Shown in pieces: positions 35,960-50,755 of a stretch of 64,000 nt of DNA. The stretch is from Rhynchobatus australiae (taxonomy: Eukaryota): the NCBI GenBank assembly GCA_034780895.1, contig JAUZTB010000072.1, forward strand, positions 14,554,373-14,618,372. The letters are read 5' to 3'. The notes under the pieces were generated by a model. It worked only from the letters and a program-made list of their open reading frames with translations, was not told where the DNA came from and searched no databases. Both the position numbers and the translations under genes were made by a program. Within the stretch, counting starts at the first letter, position 1. Each line of letters begins with the position of its first letter.

Positions 35960-36482
35960 AGCAAGGGATACTGAAGAGGCATCTGTGGGAAAGGGGACAA
36001 GGTTGGCATTTCAGTTCGAACTTTCATGGCAGTGAGAGGGGATCGTCAATCTGGCCTATTGGTAATGTTTATCTCTCCGCAGACATGGAAAATTCTGGTC
36101 TGCTGAATGTTTCCAGAATTTTGTTTTCATTTCAGATTTCCAGCTTCTAATTTTAAATTTACTTTTCAATCCGTAGCTGTTTCTGAAGTTATTCAGTTTT
36201 GTTTTCCTCTACGGATGCTGCTCAACCTGTTGGGAATTCAAATTTCTAGTCACTGTTGTGTTTGTATTCCTCAGTTCCAGCATGATCATCTATTCGCACA
36301 CTGTCGCACAATCCTTTTATCTCCCTTTTTCTCTGCAACTTTTAATTTTACAAGTTCTGATGAAATGTTATCAACTTGAAGCAAACTCTGTTCCTCTCTC
36401 CTCAAATGCTGCCTGATCTGCTGATTAGTTCCAGAATTTAGTTTTTATTTCTGATTTCCAGCATCTGTAGTTTTTTTGCTTT
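35960..36482. repeat. Cluster of Penelope terminal-repeat-like units, tandem and inverted
   Basis: Recurrent gatgctgc(c/t)...acctgctga...tttccagcatctg motif directly 3' of the GIY-YIG remnant. Confidence 0.7.
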
Positions 36483-39400
36483 GTGACTGCTAGATGATAT
36501 TTGGGGCAAATGGGTACTGTGTTCTTCATCCCAGATGGCTGTACTTTACTCAGGTGCATCATGCAGTTGAGTAGACAACATGATTGGATTTGGAAACATG
36601 ACTTCTATCAATAATTGGCTTGTTAATTAACATCAAGGTTCATTCAAGCTACTTGACAAAATTCTAAAGGGTACTGGAACCAAGGCAAAATGAAGAAGGA
36701 ACAGTTGCACTTTTAATGGCAAGTCCTTTTTTATTACAAAAAAAGATTGCAACAGTATACTGTTGCTTTTCTCAAGTCACTTAGTCCTTCACAGCTTGGT
36801 GTAACTCTGTAAACTCCAGTCATTTGCATTGCAGAGCCTTGTACTCGTGGAACAGTGAGTGTGAAAATTTTCATCTCTTGAAATCAGATTTAGTAGATAT
36901 TAATGTTTAGATTCAAAGGAAGATTCTCTTCGGCATTTGTGCCTCTCGTACATCTTGTGTGATGCCTACCTGTAAAATAAAGATGAATAACAAAGTTTTT
37001 TGCTTGTGGAGTGAGGTTATCTTTAATTAAAGATTCACGAACCTAATTAACGTTAAACCACAAATATGAACAATGTGTAAATTCTTTCCTTTTGGTCTTC
37101 AGAAGGCTGTTTATTGAGGAACCATCCCCATAATTCCACAATAATTATTGTTTCTTCTGAATTTGAGTATTTTGTAGGTTCACATAGTTTAATCCATTTT
37201 GGATTTTTTTCTCTTAATATCTCTTGGCCTATTTCTGGTTCTTGGTAAAGCTGCCTGTAAGCTTGCCTCTGGGTCTACATGCTCTAAATAATTGGTTGTT
37301 TGCTTGCCTCTGGGTCAGAAGTTGAGAATTAAAGCAGGTTGACAGGCTTCAGTTTGCAATTGAAATTGCCACTTTGGTGTCGTCATGTTGGAATTGTCCT
37401 CTAGATATTAAAATGAAGATCCAACTCCCTGTCCTGCTTGTTCTTTTGTTAATTCCCTGGTTCTCTCCTTCAGGCAACACCATCAAAACCAGACATTCAG
37501 TGTGCTAATCTCATTGTTCTTTGTGGACCCTGCTAGGTTGGAATAGTTTGTTTTATCTCTCCACGTATGTTTTTCAGAAGCAATTGTGTGAAGTGCAACT
37601 TGGTGTTATATAATGTAACTTTTTTGATATACTGTGTACATAAATTTTGGGCATGATGTGAAAGAAAGCATCGTTTTGTTGCCTATTCTAGTGACTGTAC
37701 TTGAAGCTACAAATTCTTGTTTTTCAGTAGTAGTATCAGGCTTCTGACACTTTATAACAGAACACGTAGATTAAAGAAGCTGTTTTCCATATTTTTTAAA
37801 TGTTGGCAGTAATCTGTCAGTAATGAGGAAATGGAATGCTTCACATTCACAGTAAATGCAACTTGAATGAAAGATGGCAGAATTATACCCGTAATATGCA
37901 AATTTTATGCACATGCATGCGAAGGGAAAACTTCTGTCCCATTTTATTGTTTGAATCTGCTCAATGATGTGACCAGCTGACTTCCTCAGAGTATTTGACC
38001 AGCTGTTTTGTTTGATGGTTGTAATCAGCCATTTGTCTTGGATACATTTAAAAATGGTTGAATATCCTGAGCCTTGCGAATCCTAGTGCTGTGGAGGATG
38101 TAGAGATTGGGAGAAATGGTATTGTAGTTGCATGTATGTTATGTAGTACAAATGGATGTAACTATGATTTGCTAATCTGAGTAATGTTAAGTGTATAGAT
38201 TATGGCACTTCCCTGGATAGGAAGAGGAATTCAGAAGGAAGCCCTGCCATGATGATTCTTGGCTGCTGACCAGTCACAGATGGCATTACCAATTGAACAC
38301 AAGGAGAATGACAATGTGGGGCCAGGGAGAGGGAAACCTGTGCAGTGAAAAAAGAACATACTGTCTACAGCTGGTTGGTAGTATTTGTGTTCCTTGTGTT
38401 GATCATTGCATTATTGTAATTCATTTGCACTTCATTTGCACTAATTTTAATTGCATTTTCAGATCAAAATTCGTGCAAGTAAATATAGAAATAAGCCAAT
38501 CTNNNNNNNNNNNNNNNNNNNNNNNNNNNNNNNNNNNNNNNNNNNNNNNNNNNNNNNNNNNNNNNNNNNNNNNNNNNNNNNNNNNNNNNNNNNNNNNNNN
38601 NNAATCTGTTTGCATTTACTAGAATCCCATTAACTGAATTCTTGTAACAAATTGTGACATGCAGCCAGTGATACTGTAACTATATACTGTCAAGCTGTGT
38701 GGTTCAATATAAAATGATTGTTTTTAAACATGCCTACCATTGTTAAATCATTAACATCTGTTTGAAGGAGATTTTTTTGTCTTTAAAAAGATGAGTAAAA
38801 TCCTGTTTGCTGAACATTAGTTGAGATTTTAATGTACAATGTGTCAGAGTGAAATGCCTGGAGTAGCATTCTCTACTGTTAATATCCTAAATTGGAGCAT
38901 TCAGTTTGATATTTATCAAATACTTTAATGAACATTTTTGAAAGTCTGATTAGGCAAGCTTATTCAGCTTGAGAATGGATATTGAGAGTCACCCCCTATT
39001 GCAGGGTTATAAAGGCCACACTTTAAATGAGTTTTGGCATCCTCCATCTAGTCCCAATAGAATCTGATCCATGTTATAGAACTATTGTTAGTGCACTTCA
39101 TAAATAATACAGATGGTTGTGCAAGCACTCAACAATATATTAATGTTTTGGAGTACAATAAGAGTTCTGTTCCATTTTGAAACTGCTTTTGCATTTAAGT
39201 CTATTGGCCAAGCTAATTGCTCGTGCACTATTTAATTTAATGTGATACTTGTTTCCATCAGTCAGTATCAAATTATAAAAACAATCTAAATCCCAAGCAA
39301 CCATCTGGCAAGTTCATGCAGTGAAATGGGTCAAAAGTTTTGGCGACAGCTAGGTGATTAGATTAGTGTTTCATATTTATTCTACAATATGCATTGAATG

Positions 39401-42400
39401 GTTGAGCTGTGTACTGAAATGTAATTGAGGAGGCATGTTGGTTACATTACTCAGTTTATAGCTTATGAAAGAGTTCAGAAGTAGATCAATGTCAGTCATG
39501 CTAACTAAGGGTTTTTAACTAAATGACATTGATTGTAGGGCAAGTTGATTAAAGCCAATATATCAACATTTCCCTTTTGAAAAAGAACAACTACTGTAGA
39601 TTTGGATGTTGTAGCAAATATTGAGTTTATAATGAAGATTGATCTTGAGAAAGATGATTTCTGTAAATAAAACTGCATCAAAGTTGGTGCAACTGAAGTG
39701 AAGGAAGAGGAAAAGCTGCATATCTCAAATATGTTGCTGATAATGTTATTACTGACTGAGTTCTTTGTTATCTTGGTAGCTTTAACTATGTCTGATGCAT
39801 GATTTGAAGCTATGGGTCTTTAGGCAGGGTTTGCTTTGGATAGTTGCTCTATTGAGACCAAAATCCATCTGTAGCAAATATTTATTTTAAAGCCAATTCC
39901 TAATGGAATGGGAGATTTAATGCGGTTAGCATCCTCATCAACCTTTGGACCTTGTGCTTGGAAGTTCTTCAGCCTGTTTTAACATGCCAGTTAATGCAAT
40001 CAAATTTCTGGGTAATAACTATTAAACTAACGAATAAGTGTATATTGTAAATGTCTTTTAAGTTTGGCTTGCTTGTGCGCTCTTTCCCATCTATATTGCT
40101 TCTCATGCTTTTTGTTTTATTAATTATTATTGTTCTGTCTTTAGCTTGTTCCTTCCAGTTATTCTGCACTCCACTGGTGGTCTTTGTTCCCTGGTTCATG
40201 CAAGGTTGTTGCTTTCAGCCCCACAACAGGTCAAACTTTTTTCCTTTTATCTCCCCCATCGTTTTCACAGTTGATTCTTGCCGTGCATTTGCGTGTCTGT
40301 TTTTGCACATGCACCCACCTCCCTTCCATTTTCCATTGGGTCTTCCATCTTTTTCTTCCTCCACCCCCACTTCATGACACCCAAGCCCTCAGAGTTGCTC
40401 ATGGTTACTTCCTCCTCCACCTTCTAAACTCTAAACTGGATTATTTCACTCTCACCTTCACCTTCTGTGTTGCTATTTCTTTGTAAAGCTGTTTCTTCTC
40501 ACCCTGGTTAATCTCTTCCTACCTCAATGACCTGTGGCTTCGTGACCATTTTCTGCCACCCTTTCTCTCACTCATGCCATCAGCCCAGCTTCGTTTTTGC
40601 CAATTCCTTCATGCTTTCTCTGATACTGAACCAGCATTTGTCTCATATTAGCTTTCTTTCTCAGTATGTCCTGAGCTATCAAGTACTTTTTTGAGAACAC
40701 TTCTGTGAAGTGGCATGTGTCTGTTAATGTATGCATGCTCCTTAAGCTTCAGTTATAATTTTCCAGAGAAATGCAACTTAGAGACAAAAGAAATGAATAC
40801 ACTCATTTGGGATGTTTCTGATTTATAAATCATAATTGAAGTGCAGAATGTGAACCATTAAAGGATTTTGTTAACTTTTGTCCAGTCATTTGGTTTTGTA
40901 TCCCTTCTAATTTAGTTCTGTTTGTTTTATTCAAAATAGTCAAACTTCTCTTCTAATGTTTATGTAAATCTGGATTAATTAGTAACATTTACCTAATCTT
41001 CCTCTACTTCAGATGGTCTATGGACAGTGAGTTGTTGTCATCTATTTAAACCATTTGCAGTGAGAACTTGAATTAATTTTCATTCATCATTTATCTTGTG
41101 GTCTGCAAAACTACCACCTCCCTGGATTAGTAGATCAAAATTAGTTTGGCAAGATGCATGACTATACAATTATGATCAAAGTCTCTTCTACTCTTTCAGA
41201 AAATGAACTTCAAAATTAATTTCATTCGTGTTCTTTGGATAGTCTCAAGTTTACATAGAACCTTCCACTACTCTGCACCTCGTAGAAAAGCACTGATTTG
41301 GGCACTGTTGAAAATTTAGTTACTTCAAAAGAATGTAGCATTCCAAATTCAAGGAAAATTTTTTTCAAGAGCTCAGCCTTCAGTAGCTGAACTGTGTGTG
41401 CATTTTTATGTCAATATTTCCATTTGGGAGACATCAAACATAATGCCGTAAGTATTCTGAAGAGAACCAAAATGCAGTCATTTGTATTTTATTGCCAATT
41501 TAACCTTTATTGAGAAACTGCTATGGTGTTAAATCTCAATTTTGGAGCAAGATCACAGTAAATTTTTTTGTAGGGCTGTGGTGTAATTAATTATCTTGGT
41601 CATATGGACAGTATTTTAGGCAATGTGTTGCTCTGTGATGGAAATTGAGTATGTAAAAGCCGGAACTTGCTGGACCTGTAATTATTAAAGCTATTGCTGA
41701 AAACACTCCCTGTGTGTTCTTTCTCATGTATTTAATTTTTTTAATACTGAGGCAAAAATTTTACCAGACTTTTCAGCGGAATGTTTGCATTTCACTGAGA
41801 TAATTATGCATTCAGCTGAAGTAGTTAATTTCAACATTGGTAATGACTCTGAAAAAGAATCAGGATGTGTACGCTATCAGATAATATTTCAGAAACTATA
41901 TCAATGTACCATTGTAATGGCAGCCATTACAACAATGACCGCACTTCAAATGTTCTTCACTCACTGCAGGATGTCCTAAGGTCATGAAAAATATTAGTTC
42001 TTTGTTCAACTGGTAGAAGTTATACTGTGCTATTTTGCACCAGATTTCCTGTTGTGTTGCAGGTGTACTCTTTAAAGATCCCACCTTAGCAGTCAAATGC
42101 TCCATTTTCTTGATCAGTACTTTAACAATATATTTATTTGGTTTTCATGTCATGTACTCCTGCTAGAGAAAAATTGAAGAATGGATAGTTCAGGGGCTGT
42201 AAGGTCACAGAGATGAACCAAAATGTGTTACTCATTAGGGTACATAATTTCAACATGTGATAGCTTGGCTCAGTAGTCACCTCCAAATTAAGGTTAATGG
42301 TTCAAGCACCACTTGACAACAGTATAAATACTTCTATATTAAAAACATTAACTTTTAATTAGTAAATCTTGAAAGCAATACCATCTGAAATCTGACTTGT

Positions 42401-43964
42401 ATAGTTAATTTCTCCAGGTCTATCATCTTTGTATCTCTGTTGTGAGTAGTATTGCCAGTTAGGACCCATATATAACATTATGGCAGCCAATACATCCCTC
42501 CCATCTGATTGGATAGTCTCAGGCATTCCACTAAGGAAATAAAATACTTGTGCAAATTGGCTTAAAGTAAATTAGAAGCTATTGCTAAATTTGGTTATAG
42601 GACCATAGGATTGCACTGAAACAAAGCAGTGTGATTTTTAATTCTAATTCTGAAAGTACCTTTCTAGGTAGCCGCCTTAGTTTTATGATAGTAGGGAATC
42701 TTCTGAATTTACCACTTTATTTCCAGAATGTGTTTTAACGTTCCTGTACATTAAAGGTTTAAACAAAGCCTGGATTCATTTCTATTAGAATATTTGAAGT
42801 GTAGTTCAATCTGAACCCACTCCCAAGCATAAATGGCTTTGCAATTCAAATATGAATGCAACATAAATTAGCTGACTGGAGCATTAACTGCATTCTTAGG
42901 CTGCTTTTCTCGATTAAACAATGCCTTATCCAAACCTTACATTTGCAAAATTTATAAACTCTTCATAGCTTCCTAAATATTTGAAGTAAAAGTCAAGTTT
43001 ACAACTGAGTGTGTGTATATATGTTTATAATACATTTTTAAGCCAAAGATGTGTTCCAAAGTACAGACTTGACCTCTTTATAAAGTCCCTCCTTGTGGGC
43101 CCCAGCCCTAAGGTTAAGGGCAACAGAAAAAGACCTTAATGCATCTCTGTCTGGGAGACAGGTGGTGTGCAGCAGAGATGAAGGTTAAAGGTCGAAATGT
43201 TTCCCCATTTTGTACATTCTTGTTGATGGTTAGCTTGTCCTAGTTGAGTATAATTTTCTGTGCACGGTATTTTAGGAAATTGTTAATTGTACTAGGCTTT
43301 GAAGTTCAAAAATGCTTGGAACAAAAAAAAGTTCTCAAATTTTCACTACTCTTATGACAAATCTCCAGCATAAGATGAAATTGACTTGTTTGTAGCTGGA
43401 AGATTACTGCAAAAATACTTGGCTAGTGTTTTTAAACTTAATCNNNNNNNNNNNNNNNNNNNNNNNNNNNNNNNNNNNNNNNNNNNNNNNNNNNNNNNNN
43501 NNNNNNNNNNNNNNNNNNNNNNNNNNNNNNNNNNNNNNNNNNNNNNNNNNNNNNNNNNNNNNNNNNNNNNNNNNNNNNNNNNNNNNNNNNNNNNNNNNNN
43601 NNNNNNNNNNNNNNNNNNNNNNNNNTGCATCTTCTGTTCATGTGGTTCTAGTAGTAGAATGTTTTGGGACTGGGACTAAAGTATTACACAGAGATCAAAA
43701 ATGTCTCTTAACTTGGGCATATAATTTAAATATGTTAGCTTGTTTCAGCAGTTACCCCAAGACACAGTTAAGGGTCCAAATGCTACTCGTGTCTCAACAG
43801 GATTTGCGTCAATTACTTATAGAATTTCAGACTTCAGTGCTCTGAGTTTTGTGGAAGAGGAATCTGCTCAAGGCAGATTCAAGTGACAGCCTGATTTTAA
43901 AAATTGTTGTTTTGTGCATTGCATTTTCTATTATAATCATTCTACTCTTTAAATCTATGTTCGA

Positions 43965-44160
43965 TGACTCCTAAGATGGTCCTGCACCTTATTGTCTGCC
44001 TGTACTGCACTTTGTCTGTAACACTTTATTTCTGCCTTCTGTTATTGCTTTCCCTTGTACAATCTCAATGCACTGTTGTAATGAAATGATCATTATGGAT
44101 GGTATGTAGAAACAAAGATCTTCCACTGTACCCTGGTACACGTGACAATAATAAACCAAT
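43965..44160 (+). mobile_element. Rex1-type 3' tail
   Basis: Reverse-complement homolog of 22575-22760, ending gtgacaataataaaccaat. Confidence 0.7.
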
Positions 44161-45352
44161 TTTCCAAGCCCTTTTAGCTGATCTTTTGAAAACTAATTTC
44201 CACTCTCTGCCCCATCCTTCAACATAATGTATTTAATCTTATGTTCCTCTCTGTCAAATTTTCTTCCCTTCTGCACTGACTCCATNNNNNNNNNNNNNNN
44301 NNNNNNNNNNNNNNNNNNNNNNNNNNNNNNNNNNNNNNNNNNNNNNNNNNNNNNNNNNNNNNNNNNNNNNNNNNNNNNNNNNNNNTTCTGCACTGACTCC
44401 ATACTGTACATGGGTCTTAATTGAATCTGCGGTTTCTTCCCCAGGTTCTTTTAAGTAAGCATGGACCAAAAGTTTCAACTGGCTATTTGACTGCTAGCTG
44501 CATCACATCTCTTCATAGATCTGTTCTCCATCAGGGTCCATCGCTATATTTCCAGTGGCTATCACTCAGCAGCTATCAAGTGAGGAATTTGTCTCCTCCA
44601 TTCTGAAGCATCACTAAAGATAACTCTAGAGACCTAGTTTTTACTATCACCCTGAAAAGTTCATCAAGTCATCAGGGAGCCCTCAATATATTTTAAAAAA
44701 TAGAAAAATCTGTAAACTTTATTTGGAGGTAGGCCTGGTCTTAAAAGTCTTTGATATGGAGCTAATTAGCACCAAGCTGAAGTGTGTTCATTTATTAGTT
44801 TGGGTTAGTAGGTACCTGCCTTTCTTTATGCAATCAATCTGTAGAGACTAATAACGCCAGACAAACTAAAATTCACAGTTGTGCTGGCGGAAGTTTTTTC
44901 CCCTGCAGTAGTTCCTGCAATTTGTTGAACACCATGACTTGACTCCAAGTTGTAATTGTGTTAGTTGCCCCTAAGGAAGATTCTCTTTCAAGATGAAAAG
45001 CTGAACCTTACTTAACACCAACACCAACTCCACCCCCACCACCACCACCCTTCGCTACAGTCACCATCCACATCCCCTCCTCCACCCTCACCCCCACCCC
45101 AAAACCCTGATGATTTTTGAGGCTGGTGAGAGTAGTCTGTAGAACAATATTAATTAGATGGTTGTCAAGTTATTTAGGGGGAGAGCTGACACAAATGACT
45201 CTGTGTGACTCTACAGAAATATTAATTCCTACAGTTCTACTGAGTTTTTAATGTGAATGGTTCTTGATAGCTCCCCCCTTTATAAATCACTTTAAGACTA
45301 TTGATGGTTAAATTTCAAACCGTTTAACTGCTATTTTCTATTGTATTTTCAG

Positions 45353-45400
45353 GTGTTGGTCTTGGCTTAGGAATTGTGTTTTCTGTTGTTGCTTTCAAAC
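45353..45400 (+). CDS. MICOS10: Mic10 coding exon 2 (GVGLGLGIVFSVVAFK-R), TM1 with GxGxGxG motif
   Basis: Acceptor ttgtattttcag, donor gtaagt, 48 nt, phase-compatible with exons 1 and 3. Confidence 0.96.
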
Positions 45401-45925
45401 GTAAGTATTACTATTTGCTCTTCACATATGGAGTAGTGGTTGCGAGTTTATAGGTGAGAAGAAAATCTTGGGTAGGGTGGATAAAATGTGGTGGTGTGGA
45501 AGATGCTGCGTTACGGCCCAAGAAGATATTGTTCACCTAATAGCGTAGTAGCATCATGGTTCAGCCTTGTAATTGAGCTATGCATACTTGAAACCAACAT
45601 CCAGTCTGGGTTGGAGTAATTACGATTTAGAGTTGTAATAGTGAAAGGGGAAAAACATTCTCAGGTTGTTGTTCCTTCCTTTGCCCCCCCACCCCAACAC
45701 CAGCCAATACCATCTGCTGGTTTACATTGACTCATTTGAATGAGGTGCACAGTGGTGTTCTCTGCTTTGCAACTGTACTCTGCATATCTGTACCTTTTTT
45801 GGAAGAGAGTGAAAAGAATTTTAACCTTGAATCAATGGACACTGTTGTAGATGTTCATTATAAATAGCACTTAACCATTTCCCAATTAGAGATATTTACT
45901 TAGTTTTTTTTTCATGTGTGTTTAG

Positions 45926-46035
45926 GGCGTGTATGGCCAATTACTTTTGGCGTAGGAATGGGCTTGGGAATGGCCTACGCTAACTGTCAACATGATTTCC
46001 AGTCCCCATACCTTCTTCATGGAAAGTTTGTCAAA
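45926..46035 (+). CDS. MICOS10: Mic10 coding exon 3 ([36 protein letters not shown]), TM2 glycine motif
   Basis: Acceptor tgtgtgtttag, donor gtgagt, 110 nt. Closely matches the vertebrate Mic10 WP...GxGxGxGMAYSNCQHDFQ motif. Confidence 0.97.
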
Positions 46036-47744
46036 GTGAGTACAGTACTGAATTGATTCTTTTCAATGACTTCTAGCCAGTATTAAAGTACAAATATCAT
46101 CAAATAATTGCTCAATTGTCACTTCAGCTTGTGTTGGGCTCTTGCTAATAGTTTATGCTGTCATATGTGTTGGATGGAAATTATTAAAATCTTTGCCAAA
46201 CCCCTGATTTCCCAATTGGCAGTAATGCCTATCATAACTTCCATTGAGTAGGTTTTTGATAACGAGGTGCTAAGAAGTTTGCAATCTCATCTATAGCATG
46301 TCTATCCTGCACTGGATGCCATGAATTTAGAAGTGAGTTATTTAAGACTACCGGTGAAATCTTCTCCATTGGTCAACTTGCCTCTGACTGTTTCAGTAAT
46401 CAACAGTGACCTTAAAGGATCATTGACATGTTAGCTCTTTGGCCCTGTTTGTTCCCTTAATTCTCAGGTTTGCAGTGTATTCCGAGGTTGGACTCCCTTG
46501 CTAGGTTTGCAAATTGAAGCTTTAGAATATACTACCCTGGAACCATGCTTTCTAAATTATGTTGTCCCACAAGGGAGATGTTTATGACTATGGAGATGAT
46601 AATCATGTAATGTTCACCTTGGTGCACTTTATACCAGGAGCTTGTGGATTTGAATCATAATGGCATAGTTTAGTAAAACATCAGGATTTCCTGAAGTTTC
46701 AGTAATATTCAAGGTTTTAAACAGCTGTTCATTTTTTATACTAATATTTTTGAATCGTGATGTAGTTGCATTTCATGAAATGTGGTTTGTTAAAATTCAG
46801 TTTTAAGGCTGGTTTTTATCAAGGATAAACTTTTGTAATTGGTAATAAACATGAGAAATAAGTCTCTGGTTTCTTCCTACTCTGTCAGGGGTTTTCATAC
46901 TTAACTGTCTATTTAGCAGAAAAAAATTATTGTCAGGTTGGGATTAGATTCAATAATGACCCTCTGTAGATGAATCTTCAGTAAAAACACAATGTGTAAG
47001 CTCAAACTTCAAGTATGACTTCTTGTGAGCTACCAGCGGGCAACCAGGGCCCATGAGTGTGAAACCAGTGAGGGGTTTCTGGACAAGCCAGCTAAATAAA
47101 ACTGTAAATCAGCACATTGGCAAGTCCCCACATTTTCAGTTGTGGACTAGAAATACTGAAATTCGCTTGCAGTTTCTTCATCTTTCTGAACACATGTAAT
47201 TCAGGCATAATTCAATGTGAAAGGAAATTGCACAATGTGTATACAACAATTCAACTTAATTTGGGCTTGGGTGCCCAAATAACCCTTGCATTTTAACTAA
47301 AATTAGGCATGTTCAAGATAAATGTTTCAAAATGGGCATATTTCCTTTATTTAAAGTGGCATTGAATGTTCTACCCAGGAGACTCCTATATTTCTCTCTC
47401 CCTTTTGAACTCTATGGTTGGAACTGTTCCACCTAGAATTGTACAGAATTGAGACAAACTGTTCGTGTGTGTGTATATAAAATATTGTAGAAAATAGGAA
47501 TGCATTCCATCATGAGATTCTCTCCTGAAATCCTTTTGCCTTGCACTTCCATACAGTTATTTCTGACTTTTTGGCTGCCTTCCTTTCACCTTTTTCCTGT
47601 TTGTTGAACACATCAGTTTTCTTTATGCAGCACACTGTAAATCTGCTACTTTGTGTGTTGTCTTTTGTAACTGCATATTTTAGCTACTCCTTGAATTGTA
47701 CAGAATGAAATGATGGTAATTGTGGAATTTTTTTCTTTCCACAG

Positions 47745-47759
47745 GATGAATCGGCATAG
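47745..47759 (+). CDS. MICOS10: Mic10 terminal coding exon 4 (DESA-stop)
   Basis: Strong acceptor ttttttctttccacag then GAT GAA TCG GCA TAG in phase 0. Gives 78 aa in total. AATAAA lies about 125 nt downstream. Confidence 0.85.
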   Translation, partial: DESA

Positions 47760-47884
47760 TATTATTTTCTCAGACTGTACTTGTTGCCCGTGGATCAATT
47801 CTGCCTGTGTGCTTGCAATAGAAATTCTTATTGCTGTGCTGTATTTAATTTTTCTTATCAAACTTGTACACTAGCATTGTCATT

Positions 47885-47890
47885 AATAAA
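47885..47890 (+). terminator. Polyadenylation signal of MICOS10
   Basis: AATAAA after the exon 4 stop, followed by T/GT-rich sequence. Confidence 0.7.
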
Positions 47891-50467
47891 GAGTTAAGTT
47901 TATTGTCCTAGCTTGATCCATTTGTGCATATAATTGAAGAGCAGTAAAGACTAAGGGCTAACAGACAGGCTCATCTGAGAAATTGTCTGAAATGACAGTT
48001 GCTGGTGGTGTGAGCAAGTGAGGTGAAGCTATGAAAACAAGTTGTCAAGATTGTCAGATAATCAATTTGACTTTCATTTATTTGATTATCTCCTTGTTTT
48101 TTTGGTCTGTTCTTGTCTGCCTTATTGGAATATTTTTCTCAGAAGCCCTTTACTTGTAACACAGGAGCTGAGCAAAGGTGCACACACCCACAGCTGGAGT
48201 TCTTAAAAGAAAGACTGGTTCTTGCTTTCTTGTGAAGCAAGACCAGTGCAGCATACAGCCTCTGCTCTCCACAACAGCTTTCCCCTGGAGGGCATTCTAA
48301 ATCACTCCTGTGTTTATAGTCAGAATATAAGCTGATCTTCTGGTTTGGAATGTTCCCTCTGTGCAGTCGCTGGGATCTAGAACCACTACATAGCTAACAA
48401 TAAATTACAGTGNNNNNNNNNNNNNNNNNNNNNNNNNNNNNNNNNNNNNNNNNNNNNNNNNNNNNNNNNNNNNNNNNNNNNNNNNNNNNNNNNNNNNNNN
48501 NNNNNNNNNNNNAACAATAAATTACAGTGTGATAATGTATTGCTGCTAAATGCAGTCCAGGCTGGTAATAAATCAGCTCAATTAATGCTTTGCATTGAAG
48601 AGCAAAATTACAAAGGTTCACTGCAGATTTACTACAGTGAAATTATATAGTCACCTCTGTAATAGGCAGCCTGCTATAAGTCAAATGTTAACGGTACATT
48701 TTCAAATAATTCTTGCTGAGTGTCCTGTCCACATGCATGTGGATTCCCCAGTCTATAAATTATCAGTATATTGATGGGAATAATTTGCTGTTTAACACTT
48801 CCTGGCATAAAACCTGGTTGAAAAATGTAGTTTGTTTATATACCAAAGTTTGTATAAACCCATAATTGCTCCTTAACTTTTATTTTTGAACATTTGTAGT
48901 GGCAACAGTGATTAAAAGATCTGCTGGAAAGAGGAAGGGGAAAGGTATTTTCTGTGCACGCTCCCTATTTTTGAAGTCTTTTAACTTACTCCACATGTAA
49001 TTATTGTCAATGTTACTGCATATTTGCAAACTTTCAAATCTTGCTACCTTCCTGAAACACTTTTATGTTTACTTTTGTATTATCCCACGGTGTGTCTTGT
49101 AATGTCAGTTGTCTGCATAGACCAGGCATTTGATATAAATGACTATATTAGCAGTAGAATGAAGCAGCCTTCCAAATGCAGTTCTTGCTGCTGAAATCTG
49201 TGGTTGCACTGTAGATGGGCTTCTGGACTATTGATCAAGAGAAGCAAGTTCAGATCCCTCTGTCAGCAAGTGAATGAAATTCAGTTAAATAAACATGGAA
49301 TTAAAAAGCTCATGTCCCATGAAATTGCTGGATGCTGATTAAAAACATGTAACCATGAAGAAGTTTAATTGGCTTTCTTTATCCTTGAGAAAAATTGATT
49401 GTGGGATGAAGCAGCTTTAACAACATAATTTGCCCAACCATACATTTTTAAAGATTAGAAGTACAAATCTTATTTAATGTTGCATCGCAATGGAGAATCT
49501 GAGTGGCTGCACAAATATTCAATTAGACATGAAATTGAGAGTAACTTTCAAAGCTGCAAACTGATTGTAGTAGTCCTTTATAAAACAACTTTATGAAGGA
49601 AGTTGCCGGCACTAGATTATTCACAACTGCTGATTTGTTGTGTCCAGACTAGGTTGGCTAATACCAATTGCTGAACCAGCATCAAGAATAAATTGTTTAT
49701 TAATATTAATTCCCTTGATAAGTGTGTAAAGTGTTACTGTGCTGCTGGAAGGTCTTAGGTTCTGATTCTTAATTGGGGGCTGAGTTGCTCTGGTTAAGAA
49801 GAGAAAACTAATTTGGGGTTTGTTATCCTGTTAGTGTACATTGTCTAGTTAAGTTTATTATATCGGCAGGTATGGTGAGGTACAGGTACAATGGAAAAAC
49901 ATGCAGCAGCAGCAGCACAGGCTCAATTTGGCTCTAGAGACCTGTGTAGTAACAGCTGGCTGTTCCGCTGTTCAGTATCACACCTCAATTGTAGTCACTG
50001 GAATGAGGTACCAGATAACTAGTCGTCATTGGGAGGTATACCCATGAGGCAATCTGAAGTGAATGTGGTTGAAAATTACCTCCAGGATTTGTCCAAATAA
50101 TTAGCCTCATAAAGACTACAGAGGCATAACAACATTGTGGTCACCAAATTACACATCCTCAGAGTCTGGTTTACTGAGTAATGTCGAGGAAAATTTCATC
50201 TAGAAACAAATGTTGTTCATTCCAAATCTTGTCTATTTAATGTGTGACAAAATTCGATCCATACATTCCAGTATAATGTGATATTTTTTCTGTTGATTAT
50301 CACTATCATTATTTGAGATGCAGGAAACCGTCTTGTAACCTGATAAATGTGAGAGAACATTTATATTGATTTTTAAGTCATTTTCACTAGGCTGTACTAG
50401 TTGATTTACTATAGCACTGTTTAAGGACTGAAGTTTTTACCAAGAGTCCGTGCATTCTTGTACACCG

Positions 50468-50755
50468 ATGGCACAGCAGTTAGAGCTGCTGCTGCTGCAC
50501 ACCTCTAGCCATCCGGGCTCGATCCTGACCTCGTGTGCTCTGTGTGGAGTTTACACGTTCTCTCTGTGACCTGCCGGTACGTTAACTGGTGACTCTAAAC
50601 TTCCCCCTAGTAATGAGGGGTGGGGAGTGGTGGTGGTTGATGAGCTTGTGGGGGGGAAAAAAGACATTACAGGGAAGTAAGTGGGGCATGTGACTAATGC
50701 GAAAGCTCCCGGTTGGGATTGACTTAATGGGTCAAATGGCCTCCTCTCAATAAGA
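50468..50755 (+). mobile_element. V-SINE
   Basis: ggcacagcagttagagctgctg...ccgggctcgatcctgacc...gtgtggagtttacacgttctc. Confidence 0.8.

Noticed and set aside
48900-48911. Alternative Mic10 last exon tag|TGG CAA CAG TGA
   Set aside because: Weaker acceptor than 47745 and located downstream of the polyA signal; unsupported without RNA data.
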